Positions 1 to 13,100 of a stretch of 64,000 bases of DNA are shown here, piece after piece. Source of the stretch: Trichosphaerium sp. ATCC 40318 (taxonomy: Eukaryota; Protista; Tubulinea); NCBI GenBank assembly GCA_038496445.1, contig JALMLS010000183.1, positions 62,001-126,000 on the forward strand, written 5' to 3'. The translations under genes and the position numbers were made by a program. Each line of letters opens with the position of its first letter. Positions within the stretch are counted from its first letter, which is position 1. The notes beneath the pieces are model-generated. The model saw only the letters and a program-made list of their open reading frames with translations. It did no database searches and was not told the DNA's origin.

Positions 1-360
1 GTTGTTTTGAGGAACTGGTTCTTCAAATGAAATAAAGACTCTCAAAACGTTTCCAGAACCAATGACGTTGATGGCTTCGCGTAGTTCTTCGTCTGAGGAT
101 AACTAGAAGGATATTCGAATAAGTACAAAGTGCAATTCAAACTTGAAGTTGTGTATGTGTTCGCGTACAGTAATTTTATCGCCATCAGAGTCTGTGTACG
201 TAATCTTAGCGGTTTCGAAGTTAACGGTCTTGTAGAATGATGAAAGCTTTGTTAGAACTCTATCGTAGGTAAGACCGGCTATTGGGAGTGTTACTCTTCG
301 CAAGTCGTCGCTTCCTTGGCGCTTTGACTTGATTGTAATCTGTTTCTGTTGGGAGGCCAT
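1..360 (-). CDS. PB1-domain protein (p62/NBR1-like N-terminus), runs off the window edge
   Basis: MASQQKQITIKSK..DDLRRV..KITYTDSDGDKIT, GT-AG intron 168-103, then LSSDEELREAI: PB1 with the OPCA acidic motif (YxDxDGDxxT..SDEEL). Confidence 0.8.
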
Positions 361-1066
361 GTTTGTTGAGGAGAAGGTGTTGTATGTATGAGGTTTGTAG
401 ATGAATGATTATATTTACGTCATTGGGAACCGAGATTCGAGAATGACGTTCAAAGAAAGTTTGAGCCAAAAAAAAATTCCGCCAAAAAATCCGTCCAAGA
501 ACTAGCTGAAATTTCGATTACTTTCGGCGAAACAATTGCAAAAGCGCAAGAACTCGCGGGTAATTATGATGAAGCGTATGATAGCACTTCGAAATAGTGT
601 TTGGTGTTGTTAGTCTGTTTATCAGTGCGGCGATCGTTAATTCGCGTAAACGAGATGTCGTTTAGCGTATACATTACTCTGCAAGCTGTATTGTGATGAA
701 TGAGGTTATTTTGCTTTGTACCAACTTGAAATCGCACTGAACGCTGTATTTTGGTTAATTACGCGTGGTAAACGATAATTTGCATACTAGTGCCGGTTAC
801 TAAAAATTACTGGCAGCGAATCTGTTTTGATAATTTAGTACAGTTTAATCACCTTCATTCATCGTGGAAATCAACACCGATACCCTCCAATAGAAAGAAT
901 GTACTTGGACATCTATTTACTGTGAGAATAGTGTAGTACGCCTCCAATTACGAGAGTGTTGCATTAGACGCTCCATATACAGTGTAAGCGGAACAAAATA
1001 CTGTTTTAGAAACACTTTCCTGTTTTAAGTATTCCAACACTACTATCTAACAAACAAGCCCATTAG

Positions 1067-3690
1067 ATGCATCACATGCAGCATTTTGCTATTTTCTCAG
1101 CACTCTTTACGCTTTGCCTTGCTGTGGGACTCACAACTTTTACTGCTACGGATGTTGCAATCAAAAGGCCATTTAAAAGCGTATGACGCATGTTTATCTT
1201 GCTTTCGCAAACAATTACGAAGCTAGCGCTTTGTTTACCTTTTTACCTCGTTTTCGAGTCTATTTCGCTTGCACTACGCCCTATCTATGTATTAACATTG
1301 TTTTTAGCCCTTTTATACGCTAAAAGTTTGTACTACAATAAACCGAGTGAACGCATCTCATGGTACGCGTATACATCCGTTGTAGGAAAACATCGCACAG
1401 TTTTTATTTCAAGCAGTTGTTTCCTTATACGTACAATTTTTCCTCCGTTTTTAGTAATATCTTGTGTATGTGGAGTACACTTGATGTGAACGCCTAGCAC
1501 CTGATTGAAAACACGGTTTTTTTTCCCTTGAGAATCGCCTTGTTTACCCATACACTCTAGGAGTTATGATAGCGATTCAACTGATACTTATAGCAGCGAA
1601 GTTAGCTACAGGAATGTACGTCATCTTTAGAATGAGTTCAAATTTCCGACCATGTACTTTTTGGCCATCAGTTTTTTAACTTTTGTTTGAACTTAGAGCG
1701 CCCAGTACTTGCTTGAGAAAGACTTTCCTAATCTTGTATCATCAAACGGAAAAGAACTTGAAGAACGAGATGGCTGTACTTGTTTCAGAGAGAGCCCAAC
1801 AGCATCAAACGGAAATATTGAAAAATTGTGCTACAAAGGAGACAATATTTGCTTGTATGTCGCATTGTTTCTTGTAATAATATTAATTACAGTTAGTGTA
1901 GAATTCGAGAGTGGAGAAACATGGACATTTGATCCATCAAAGGTTTCACCACGTGACTTTACGAACAATAATTCTGAAGACACCACAAAAAAAAGGTAAA
2001 CACTAGTGTTAAAAAGTTTGCAAAATTATATACACACCTGTTTGCGTTGCTATATTCTATAAAGCAAACCTATAGCCTATGTTGGTATCTTTTGATCTTA
2101 GCTAGTATTATTACTAACTTTGTGTGAATTTAGTGCTAAGAAGAGTATTGAGAACAATATCTTTGATATCGTTTTGCTGTTTGATGAATCTGGTTCGGTT
2201 ACTGCCACTGAGGTGAGTCAAGCCATTTTAACACCATTAATGCTGAAATAGCCTTTATTAGCTTGAAAAGCAATTAAATTTTAGCAGAAGCCTCATAGAG
2301 TCCTTTGATGTATCTCCAACAGGAACTAATTTTGGTAACTCACATTCTATATTTTTAGAGTAGAGCCACCTGGTACTGACTCGACTTCTTTTAGCCATAA
2401 TAGGATACTCTACTTCCACTAGCAAATACATAGGACTCACTGGCAACACGCAAAGCCTAGAAAGTGCCTTGAATAGTAAGCAATTATCATCTTTTTTATC
2501 ACGTGATACTTTATCCTTTTAATCTGTTTTTTAGACGTAAACGCTCAACAAGGCTTCACATGCTATAGTTGTGCAATCGAAGCTGCACATGGAGAACTCG
2601 ATTTCAATCGCAGATTTGCAGCTGAGGGAGTTATTATTATGGTTACAGAGGGTAAAAATAATAGACCATGTGATACTACAGCTTGCGGTTGTCAATCATG
2701 TGGTAACCAATGTTGCCAAAGTCTAGCACCGTAAGTGCTTACTTTCTTTCGCCAAATCAACACGTGAACTGTTCTTCTAACACTGTCTTTTTAAAGTATT
2801 TGGGGACCAGGTGGTACAGGTGACTGTGATGATTGTGGTGGTCGTGATGAACTAATAACAATCACTGATCAAGTACGCAGTGCTGGGTATAAGATGATAT
2901 CTATCGTTGTTGGTACAGATGTTAATGAAGACGATATCAAACTAATCACTACTGACTGGCCTACAAACGCCTTTCAAACAGCAGGTTATTGTTGTGTATC
3001 TTGTGTGGTGCTTACTTAGCATAGATTTTATGTCAATTGACACGGTACTAGAAGATGTAGTAAATGCAACTGGTTTTGTAGGTATGTCACGAATGATCCA
3101 TCTATAAACTGCTGACACTTACTGTAGCTCTAACACCGACAACCTTACCTCCGACAACTTTACCTCCTACAACACTACCACCTACAACAACCATGCCTAC
3201 AACTGACGCACCTACAACCGATGCACCAACAACTGATGCACCTACAACCGATGCACCAACAACTGATGCACCTACAACTGATGCACCTACAACTGACACA
3301 CCTACAACTGATGCGCCTACAACTGATGCACCAACAACTGATGCACCTACAACCGATGCACCTACAACTGCTGCACCTGTTGTACCAACAACTGGCGCAC
3401 CTGCTGTACCACCTACGACTGCTACTCCAGCTGTACCAACAAGTACCGCTCCTGTTGTGCCAACAACTGACGCTCCTACTTTACCACCTACGACTACTGC
3501 TCCTGTTGTGCCAACAACTGACGCTCCTACTTTACAACCAACAACTGATGCTCCATCTGTACCAACAACCACCGCTCCTGTTGTACCAACAACAGAAACA
3601 CCAACTTTGCCAATTGTAACTACTAGCAATGGCAATACCATCCAAATTCTAATCGCTCTGGTTTTTGCTATGATTTTTTCAGCATTGTAA
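1067..3690 (+). CDS. Secreted, probably GPI-anchored VWA-domain protein with mucin-like Pro/Thr stalk (multi-exon)
   Basis: Signal peptide MHHMQHFAIFSALFTLCLA; DIVLLFDESGS (MIDAS DxSxS) near 2165-2200; VIIMVTEG; Cys-rich insert; PTTDA repeats; hydrophobic C-terminus IQILIALVFAMIFSAL*. Confidence 0.85.
3133..3610 (+). repeat. Coding tandem repeats: 15-bp PTTLP/PTTDA units followed by longer APVVPTT units
   Basis: Repeated cctacaactgatgca / ccaacaactgatgca units. Confidence 0.9.
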
Positions 3691-4458
3691 TACAGTGGTC
3701 TAGTTCAAATAAACTGTTAATTGTTTTTGCATTAAGCAACAGATCAGTTAAACGTTTGTTGGTCTAAATAGCGTGTATGTGAGATGATAGATACAACTAC
3801 AAGTATTCTGGATTTTGAGAATAATTTCGTGTAAACTAGTTGTAAACAGTCTACTACCATGATTATGAGTATGGAAATAGGCATGGTTATTCTGCCTCTG
3901 TGAGCTAAATATTATCGTTATGATTAGTTGAATAGGATGTGCGCTATGCACCGCAGCAAGGTTCTTGACGTAGAGCGTCAATCCCATCTTTGATATGTTT
4001 ACAATTTCAATCAAGTGTTTGCTTCCATTTTCCTTTCTAAAGAGCCGAGGTCACTCAATCAATCTGATACATTTGATGGAACAGTGTTGTTGTTAGTGAA
4101 ACCGTAGCTAAAATTGACAAGAAAAGTACAAAGTAACAATCACATCGTTATAGCACCAAAGAAGACTTGATTGAACTAGTTAAATTGATTGATGATAAAA
4201 AGTGATTGATTACAAGATTGAGAAGACATAAGAATGGTGGAACAATTTTACATACAGCAATACTACCTACACTTATTGAGTTTTGAATCAATCTGTTCTA
4301 TTATTGTCAGTTGATGATTGATTCTTGTCAAAACTGATTGGTCAGATATTCCTGTATTGGTTGAAGTGATTGAACAAAAGTGACTTAATAGACTCTCACC
4401 TTAAACAACAAACAAAACATAATTACAAGACAACAAACAACACAACAACTCAACAACA

Positions 4459-5242
4459 ATGAACACAATTACCTTGTTTGTCATCATTCTATCAACGGCT
4501 TCAGTTGCTGTGGCAATCAACTCCACCAATTCTGAGCAGTACTGTCCTGGTATGCTAATCAACTATCCACTATAATTTACTAACACTAATTAAAGCTGAT
4601 CATACATACCCTGCAGCGTACCCTGGTCGATATTTTAATGAGTCTACTCAATCGTACCCAAACAGAAATAGTTGTCATGGAGCGAATAACAGTCATATCA
4701 GAGAAGCCAATAAAACCCTAGGCGGTTGCAACGAAGTATCATCAGAGAGATATATTGACGAGTTTATTTCTCCAATCAATCATGAGTTATGTGCGTGATC
4801 ATCACCTTGGTAGTGAAGCCTGTGCTTATTCAATACATATAGCTGTTCGATTTCCAAGTGCTTGCTATGATTCTAAAGTGAACAACTGTTTTTATGGATC
4901 AATTGCGAGTAATACTGATGAGTTTCAGTGTGAAGGTATGCTACTTTCTCTTTTTTTTAGCAGATATTTATTTTATTTTTTCAAGCTGAATCATTTGGTA
5001 ACACTGCTACCTGCTACAATTTCTTCACTGAGGGACGGTTTGATGGACCAATATGCAAGAAAACTGAGCAATACTGTGTTGGTAAGATTATCATATTGTT
5101 GTCGTTATGACTAACAATGAACATAGGCGCTGGATGTTATGATTCAAATACTCAAGGAACACGATCTTCTACCACTAGCGGAAAAACAAGATTCTATTTC
5201 TTCTTGTTTGTTGCTTTGATGATACTTAGCTTAAGGATATAA
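4459..5242 (+). CDS. Small Cys-rich secreted, probably GPI-anchored protein (5 exons)
   Basis: MNTITLFVIILSTASVAVA signal peptide; exons join in frame through GT-AG introns; many Cys and N-glycosylation sites; C-terminal FYFFLFVALMILSLRI*. Confidence 0.75.
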
Positions 5243-6079
5243 GTTACATATATCAGACACATGTATTATATATGTGGTAGCCACTAGACAACAAGCTTTG
5301 TGTTTTTGACACGTGACATGTAAATAGTACCTTTTCAATTTTTAGTACTTTACTTTCTTGGTGTTGCAGTTACTGTAGTAATTGCAATGTCATGACTGTT
5401 GTTGTAATAAATTAAGTCACTTGATATTACTATGAATCGTGTTGTTACCAAATATTGTGGATACAAACTGAGAGTGCTATTCGCCCTATATGCAATGTTT
5501 TTGCATGTAGAAGGACAACAATAACTTGAGTCTTTGGGTTTTGCAACACAAAAAAGGAGCACCGTTTACCCTCAACTTTGGAAAAGCAACATTTTAGCCA
5601 TAAGTGTTACTATACTAAAGTTGATTGGCAACTTGTTTCTTACTAAGGCGAGTAAGGAATCGATTTGCTTTTTTTAATAGAAATAAGATTGATTCACTCA
5701 CCTTAGATTGATTGCGTATTAAGTTACCACTTAAACAACTAGTGTGTAATAATATGGACACTCAAAGAAGGATATTAATCATCTATCAGTGTGTTACGGC
5801 ACCTTGAGTGCCAAATGATTGATACCTAATTTACACTGTAGAATAGTGCCAAGTTTTGTGCAATTTCTACAATTTCGACAAATTGTAAACTTTGTGCAAA
5901 ACTGTGCTGCCCCACTGTTCATTAAGTGTTCATGTATATGCATTACATCTCAGACTCTCATGGAGACCCAATTTGAGTCTCGGATCATTACCTGAATACG
6001 TTTATGTTACATCTATGTCGGTTGCCTTATCTGGTCTCTTTTTTTCCGTTTTTTTGAAACGACAACCGTATTTGCATCA

Positions 6080-7461
6080 ATGTCACAGCTTGAACTTCTC
6101 CCAGCTGAAGTACTCCTTAAAATAACAACGAATGGATTGGGTGCAGACGATTGTTGTAAATTAACAGCAGTGTCAGGGTTTTTCAATCGTTTGATAGACG
6201 ACAAGGGCTTTTGGCCGTTTATGTGTCGTAATACAACACTTCCAAGAGAGAATGTACCAAAAACCAATAAAAACGCACGTAAACGCTAATATATATCATT
6301 TTAACACGTTTTAACGCGTTTTAGGTGACAACAGCTCTTGAATTCGCTATGCAGTACGATCATTCGTCAATAGCAAGCTCAGTGATTTCTGCTTGTATGG
6401 GAAACAAGAGAATAGGCATTGAAACAGTTTTGAACATCACAAAGTGTGCAACACAAGTTTTAAGTTCCGAAAAAAATGTACTCGACCTTGATGCTCCAAT
6501 AACAATTGTCGGCGATATCCATGGACAACTCGCTGATTTGATGCACATACTAACAAATGAGGGTATGCCTCCACATACAAACTATCTATTTTTAGGAAAC
6601 TACATAAACAGCATGTAAGTACAAAGTTTCAAAAAAACCCGAAAATGTGTTTTTTCTTTCTTTCTTCTTCTTTGTATTGACTCTTTTAACATTGGGTTTA
6701 GAACACGATATTCCATTCGTACTCTACTGTTGTTGTTTGGTTTGAAGGTTAAATACCCTAAACACGTGCATATTCTTCGTGGGAATCGTGAATCTCGAGC
6801 ACATTCACGTGCTAAAGGGTTTGTGGGTGAATGTCAACGGTTGTATGATCAAACTGTATGGAGTGAGTTCTGTATCGCTTTTGATACAATGCCCTTGATG
6901 GCAATAGTTGGAAACCAGTATGTGTGTATACACTCAGGTTTGAGCCCATCGCTTGATACTACTGCGCAGACACAGAGCATAGACAGGTTTCAAGATGTAC
7001 CTATTGAAGGACCTATGTGTGACCTGTTATGGGCTGACCCAAATCATAAACCAGGATATGGTCTCACCGATAGAGGCTATGGTAAGAATTCAACAACAAA
7101 AGGATGTATTTGATTATTTACACGTGGACTAGGCTACACTTTTGGCCCGGATGTGACGCAAAGGTATTTGACTGTGAATAATTTACAGGCGATTATTTGC
7201 TCTCATCGTAGTCGCTTGGAAGGATATGAATTGATCCAGAACGGACATACTCATGCGATCTTTAGTGCATCAGATTTTTGCTACACAGGTGGCAACAAAG
7301 GTACGTTGTGATCAATCTTCACGATGCGAAAAAAACAGTTTTGATGTTAATTTTTTTTAGGTGCTGTGTTACATGTCGCAGATGATTTGAGTATTACTCC
7401 CCACATACATGAAATAACAAAAACCCAACGTGAAGCATTTCATAACAATAACCAACCATAA
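6080..7461 (+). CDS. F-box + PPP-family (PP2A/PP4/PP6-like) phosphatase domain, predicted catalytically dead
   Basis: N-terminal LELLPAEVLLKI..LTAVSGFFNRL..FW; GDIHGQ, FLGNYIN, LRGNRE, CIHSGLSP, GPMCDLLWADP, YTFGPDV, CSHR, FSASDFC. Confidence 0.88.
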
Positions 7462-7835
7462 AGCGAAGGTGGTAGAAAAGGCTAAGGTTGTTATTCGAAG
7501 AGCAGTAAATTGTCCTAAATAAATTATAAAGATATTGGCTTACTTCTGAGCGTTGTTTAGTTGTGCACAAGGCCTGAGGACATGTGTTTTTTGTTAATCA
7601 GTGGGGTTAATGAAATCATAACAGGTTCTTTAACACCTAAATAAATTGTAAAGTCCAAGTACTTTACCTAATCGATTGACGTTTGACTACAAAAACTGCC
7701 ACCGAAAAGGGTAAAAAGATTGAATTTATTTATGAGTGATGTTATTTTTTTGGAAAGTGGGTATTTGACAAGTCAAAGTTCGTCAGAGTACTTAATCGGA
7801 TCGCATGTAGCTGAGTCAACCCACTGTTTGTCCTT

Positions 7836-8600
7836 TCAGGTAGGTCTAGACCTTCCCCAGGACGGTTTTAATATTAGATTTAGGGTCTTGATATAAAACG
7901 ACAGCACTTGTGTCATTCCCTTCCGGAGCACCAATTGGTAATTTAAACCAGCGATGACAGGATCAGAAGGTTTAGGCGTTTTACCAGGCGTAATGAACCT
8001 ACCAAACCTGTAGCTATACCCTTCCGTCAATTCCATGGGCAGGCTAAGCATACTGGTGTTATAATAATTACCAGGATCACCAAGGTCGAAATATCGCGAT
8101 CATACGTGCCACGGGGTAAAGTAATCAAGATATAACCATCAATCGAGTCTTCGTTATTATGTACGAAGGAACCATTTCTAACGTATTGACACGGTTATGA
8201 AAGAGCTCAGAGACCCATTTAAGACCTGTAGCAATTGGCAATTTGTTGGGAATACCGCAAACCACCAACGTAGGCTTGAAATACGGCTTTGAAGGTGCTG
8301 AGATAAACATGGACCATTTTTCTATCTTCTCGGAACGTGTTGGCATACCTGGCTACCCAATTGCGTAAGATTGTTGACAAACACTGCACCACCAAATTGT
8401 CTTGTTTTGTTCCAGGAGATATAAAGCATACAAGCTTTAGAGTTACCTCTTCTAACTGCTACATCCTTATGCGCAAGTTGAATTTCAGATGGATGACCCT
8501 ATGAATAAATGTTGAATCTACGTTGACTTGTATGTAAAGCTATAATAAATACAGATTTCTCCTTACCTTTCCACGTAACACCCAGTCTTTAAGTATTACC
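7836..8600 (-). pseudogene. Probable decayed coding remnant of unknown function
   Basis: Spliced-looking start (VILKDWVLRGK|GHPSEIQLAHKD..) followed by protein-like stretches scattered over different frames; no consistent gene model. Confidence 0.3.
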
Positions 8601-8740
8601 TAGACTTCACACCTATAAATACAAAAACAAATCAAGAATTTAATCAGAACTTAAAAGTAATTTTACTACTCTAGTTTTATACAATGGAACAACAAGGCAG
8701 GCAAACTGAATGGTTATTTTTACTTAATTGAGATTTTGAC

Positions 8741-10718
8741 TTAGAAGAAGAGACCATCAAACTGTTGTTTTGCTTTTGGTTTTGTAGTATCAGAAGTACT
8801 TTGTTTTAAAATTGTTCCTTTGTTGTAATTTTTTCTTACATCGAACAAGAATGGTTTACCCTATAAACAAATGAGAAAATGAAATAAGTAACACCCCGAA
8901 GTAACCAAAGTATAATTAAGGGTACAAAAAATAAGACGGAGGAAGCAATAGGATCCCATTTTTTTCTTTTTTTTTTTTTTTGGCATAATTTGTTGTTGGG
9001 TTTTTTATTGTGATATACTGTACGTACCAAACCAAAGTTTAAGCGTAGCATGTCACCAACAGTTAGTAAACTAACTGTTGGTCGTAGTGATTCGATCATA
9101 TCAAAGGTACAAGACCTGTCAATCAGCTCAACATGCTTCAAATCACCATCAACTGTCCAAAAAGCATATAACTCAACACGCTTTTCAGGGAGTTCTTCAA
9201 TCACTTTTGTAGTTAAACCACATCCTTTAGAAAGTTAAATAATAAAAAAATAAATGTACATGAGCCATCATTTTGTAATGTGGAGAGATACACTCCCATG
9301 CAAAGGCGGCAGGAGTCAGCAAGGATGTTGTCTTTTTTTTTTTTCTTTTTTTCTTGAACACAACTTTCTGCATTTAACAGAAAAACTTGCCAATTGGCTT
9401 TACATCTTTAGTTGTATTTTGGTAGTGTGTTTTAGGACGTTGACTATAATTTACTAGAAAATGATTTGATGTACCTATTATGGTACCAAGAACCAAGTGT
9501 TTAGATTCACCGCCCATAAACGATGTAGCATAAGCAGAAGACCCAAAATATTTACCTGACAGGAATAAGAAATCACTAATTTAGATTTTTTTACTGTAAT
9601 TAGTAAGGAAAATAACTTACCCATATCATCACTATGCATCGCCCAAGAGCCTAGAGATTGTTAAAAAAGAAAGTTAAAAAAAACATTTAAAAAAAAATTC
9701 TAGATTTGCAGACTGTCAGTAGTCACTAACTTGTAGCCCAACCGATCATTTTTTCCGATTGAACATAATCTCTTAGACCTATACCAACACCCACAGCTCT
9801 AAAAGAAACGTTATAATTAAACAAGTTGTCATTTCAATGAAAAAAAAAAGTGTGTAAGTTTTTTAGGAGAAACATTGCGAATGAACGTACTTTTCCCTCT
9901 TTCCACAACCTGTAATTTCAGATTCGTAATAACCAATAATACAATTTGCAAAAGGAGTCTTGTTTGTACACTTTAAATTCCATCCATGGGTTGTCTGAAC
10001 TGTCTATTACAGACAAAAAAATTAGAAAAAGAAAAGAAAAAAAAAGAAAGGAAAAAAAAGATAAAAGTGGAGTCAATTGAAGCCACGTGACTTGGTAATG
10101 CAAAAAGTAAAACAATCACGATTATCTCCACAAAAACAAAAACCAACTCTCAATTAAAGTTTTACCACAACACGACGTATAGCTCTAGATCGGGGGGGCT
10201 CCAAATGTTTAATATGCCATGTTTTATCACCTTCATTAAATTCTGAAATAACACGATGGTGAGGAACCAATGAAGCACCAGGAATACCTCCTTTTGGAAT
10301 AATTAATCACATTGGCTTGTCGTCAAAAAGCTACTTAAAGCGTACGAGATAACACATTGATATAAAGGTCCTTCCATTTTGATGAATCTGAAACAGAATA
10401 ACAAGGTAAAATGACTTGTCCAAACTCTCGGTGAATTCTGGCTTGCCAACGGGATGAATCGTTCAATAACTATTAAAAAATGGTAAACAGATGCGTCGTA
10501 CTTGTGTATAGCGTACTACTAGGAATTGTTTGCAAGTTGAGTAAAAATAAACCTCAGACACTACGTTAAGCAATGATGTAACCTCTATCATCATCTCCTG
10601 GCAGTAGTTTAGTACTAAACACAGTTGTAACGTTTAAAAACACAAATACACAATAACGTTTAAAAGCGCGTCCGTAGCGTACGTAAGGTAAAGCCGTTAA
10701 TCCAGTTTCCGTTTCCAT
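8741..10718 (-). CDS. F-box + SPRY domain protein (multi-exon)
   Basis: METETGLTALPY|EMMIEVTSLL..STCKQF..W (F-box); PWMEFKV..VGVGIG..MIGW..SWAMHSDDMGKYFG..GCGL..AFWTVDG..LRPTVSL..GDMLRLNFGLGKPFLFD (SPRY). Confidence 0.82.
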
Positions 10719-11143
10719 GTGTATTGTTGTGTTTTTTCTAATAATAATTACCGAAGTTGTTTGACCGAGAATTGACTTAATTCATCTTCTTTGTCACTTT
10801 GCTTCACCCTTTTTTCCCACCTTGTTAACGTATTTTACAAGACACTTACTCCTACAACGAAAGGCCATCGAAATTTTGAACTGTGAACCAGCCGTGGGGA
10901 AATCAAAAATAGTCACGTGATTAAAAAACGATTGTGCAAACTGTGTCAAACAGAACTATTTCAGAATCTTTTTGTAAAGTTTGAAGTTATAACAACACAA
11001 CAACTACGTATGGTCCACAGCTCTAATACACAAGAGTTTTTGCTTCCTGAACTTGATTATGTTTGCAATCGTGGATACTGCAGCACTTGCTGAAGAGGAA
11101 GCAGAGAAAGTGTCAATCAACAATTTCAAACGATTGTTTGATG

Positions 11144-12528
11144 CTAAAGCACTTTATTCAACATTGAACCCATCACTAAACGGGCAGGCTCTGAGAAAGA
11201 TTCTTCAACTATTTTGGTAATCAATTCTTGTTAACACATGCATAACGAGTCTTACCACCGCGACCAGTTATAGCGCTGGTTTCAAAGTATGAACAATTCA
11301 AACTTTTAGCAACCGCCATTGCTTCAACACAGTCTACCTAAGGAGGAAATATAACGCTTATGAATAGTACAGTAGCTGTATAGTAGTAACTTACCTGTCT
11401 TGGACCATTCAAATCAATTTTATTGCCAATAAGAACAAATTTCAAGCTTCTTTGAGAAATTTCTTTGGCATAAGATTTAGCAATCTCAAAGCTCTCAACA
11501 TTGTTTACATCAAAAACGATCATGGCACTTTGCCTAACACTATGAGCAATAACAGTCTATTTACAAAATTATCAACTATAACAATACCAATACATCAAAA
11601 CACTTACATGAAACCTTTCAGCTCCAGAACAGTCATTGATTGTAATTCTTACTTTTTTACCATCAACCCTCATTATTGCACGTTCAACCTTTGTAATTGT
11701 CATCAAGCAAATCCTACTAGTGTAAACAGTACCTCTAATACAATAGTTTCTGAATAAGTTAATAGAGTTTTAAAGTGTTTAAGGTAGTGTGTAAGAGCAC
11801 TCTTGCCTAGCATATGGTTACTCAAAGCTTAAATTCATTAAAATGTTACCACTGAAAGAGTTGCCTACCACATAAGTTGTAATGCTTGTATCATACTGTT
11901 TGCTAAATTATAGAGGTTAATTAAGACCAAAAGAAAGTACTAGTACTATAGCATATCCTCCCATTTTTGTTTATCACGCCATAGCAAGTGTGCACATGTC
12001 AGCATGAACTTGGTTTCATTGTGTATGAAATGAATGCTATTGTCCTTTATCCTATATACTGCATGCAATGATATAGAATGTGTAACAACCTACTGGTACT
12101 GTTAACAGAGTATGCTATAACGAGATTTGGACATGTACCTTCCTCTTTGATGAGTTGTATATAGTAAGTTGATGATCTGTCACAGATACAAATACTGTTG
12201 ATCTTCTAGTCAACCACGACAATAGCTATTGTTCAGGTTAGCTAACTTAAAAGCGTTTGGTAAATTAACGAACGTGGCTTTGTGTTTCTTGTTTTGGCCT
12301 TGTAATATGTAAAATAGACCCTCAACACGTGAGGTAACGTGATGACTGATTCTTTTCTACAACATTGTTTGTACAAACAATATTTAACCTCTTTTTACGC
12401 ACTCTCAGTGTAGGTACTTCGGAAATTACGCATTGCCACCTTTTACAGACCCGCATCAACACAACAAGCCGTACTGGAGGGAAACCCTCGAGAATATAAA
12501 CAAACACATCCAAAATTAATGTATCCAT
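11144..12528 (-). CDS. F-box + PH-like domain + Ras/Rab-family small GTPase fusion
   Basis: F-box MDTLILDVFVYIL..LMRVCKRWQCVI; PH-like RRSTVFVSVTDHQLTIYNSSK..SISLHAV..FMLTC..QKWEDML; G1 VVGNSFSGKS, G3 DCSGAE, G4 GNKID, G5 ETSA. Confidence 0.82.
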
Positions 12529-12700
12529 AATATCCTTGCTGCTGAGTTGTTATTAATGTGATTCAACTATTGATAAGCTCAGTCAAACCTATTCAAATGC
12601 TCTTCACTATTTTCTTTGTAAATCGGTTCAACAAGCAATTTTCTTCGAGAGTGTTGCTACTACGTATGACAGAAACCAAAGTATTATTCCCTTGTGCTAG

Positions 12701-13100
12701 AAAATTAACAAAAAGAGGTGGTAGCGTAGCGTGCCCCATAGTGTATTGGGCTCTACTGGAGCTGTAGCACCAGATAGAGCGCCTATGTTACGAAGAAGCT
12801 TCTGCCTCTTCGTTGCTGGTTGCAACGAAGTATGATTTTTCCCAACGCATGAATGCGATTGTATGCTTTTGCAAGGTTTACGAAGTATTATTACAATTGC
12901 AATTGGCATCCCGAGGTAATTAGTTTCCTTCGAAGTATAAACTCAGGTATGCCACGTTGGGAAGTTGGGGCACATCTACTATGCATCTCTACTGATAATT
13001 ATAAGAAGTAGTGTATTTAAGTAACAACATTGAGCAAAGAAATTTCTTGTGGTATTGAAAAGCAACGAAATTTCAAAAAGATGGAATAAGATAAGATTTA
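12701..13100 (-). mobile_element. 400-bp structured interspersed element, copy 1, flanked by a 7-bp direct repeat GTGCTAG (12694-12700 and 13101-13107)
   Basis: Near-identical reverse complement of 35214-35615; candidate TSD; no TIRs; the shared short ORF is frameshifted between copies. Confidence 0.75.

Noticed and set aside
6254-6324. GC-AG intron at 6275
   Set aside because: An in-phase GT donor (GTACCA) lies just upstream, so the call is ambiguous
10300-10312. In-frame TGA (selenocysteine or recoding) in the F-box-SPRY gene
   Set aside because: It lies inside an intron with a GTACGC donor, and the spliced frame is open
12697-12909. Small ORF MPIAIVIILRKPCK shared by both element copies
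   Set aside because: Frameshifted between copies and started differently; not conserved as protein
12785-12940. CRISPR-like array or loxP sites from the repeated CGAAGTAT
   Set aside because: Repeats are only 8-9 bp with uneven spacing, there are no cas or recombinase genes, and there is no inverted 13-bp arm arrangement
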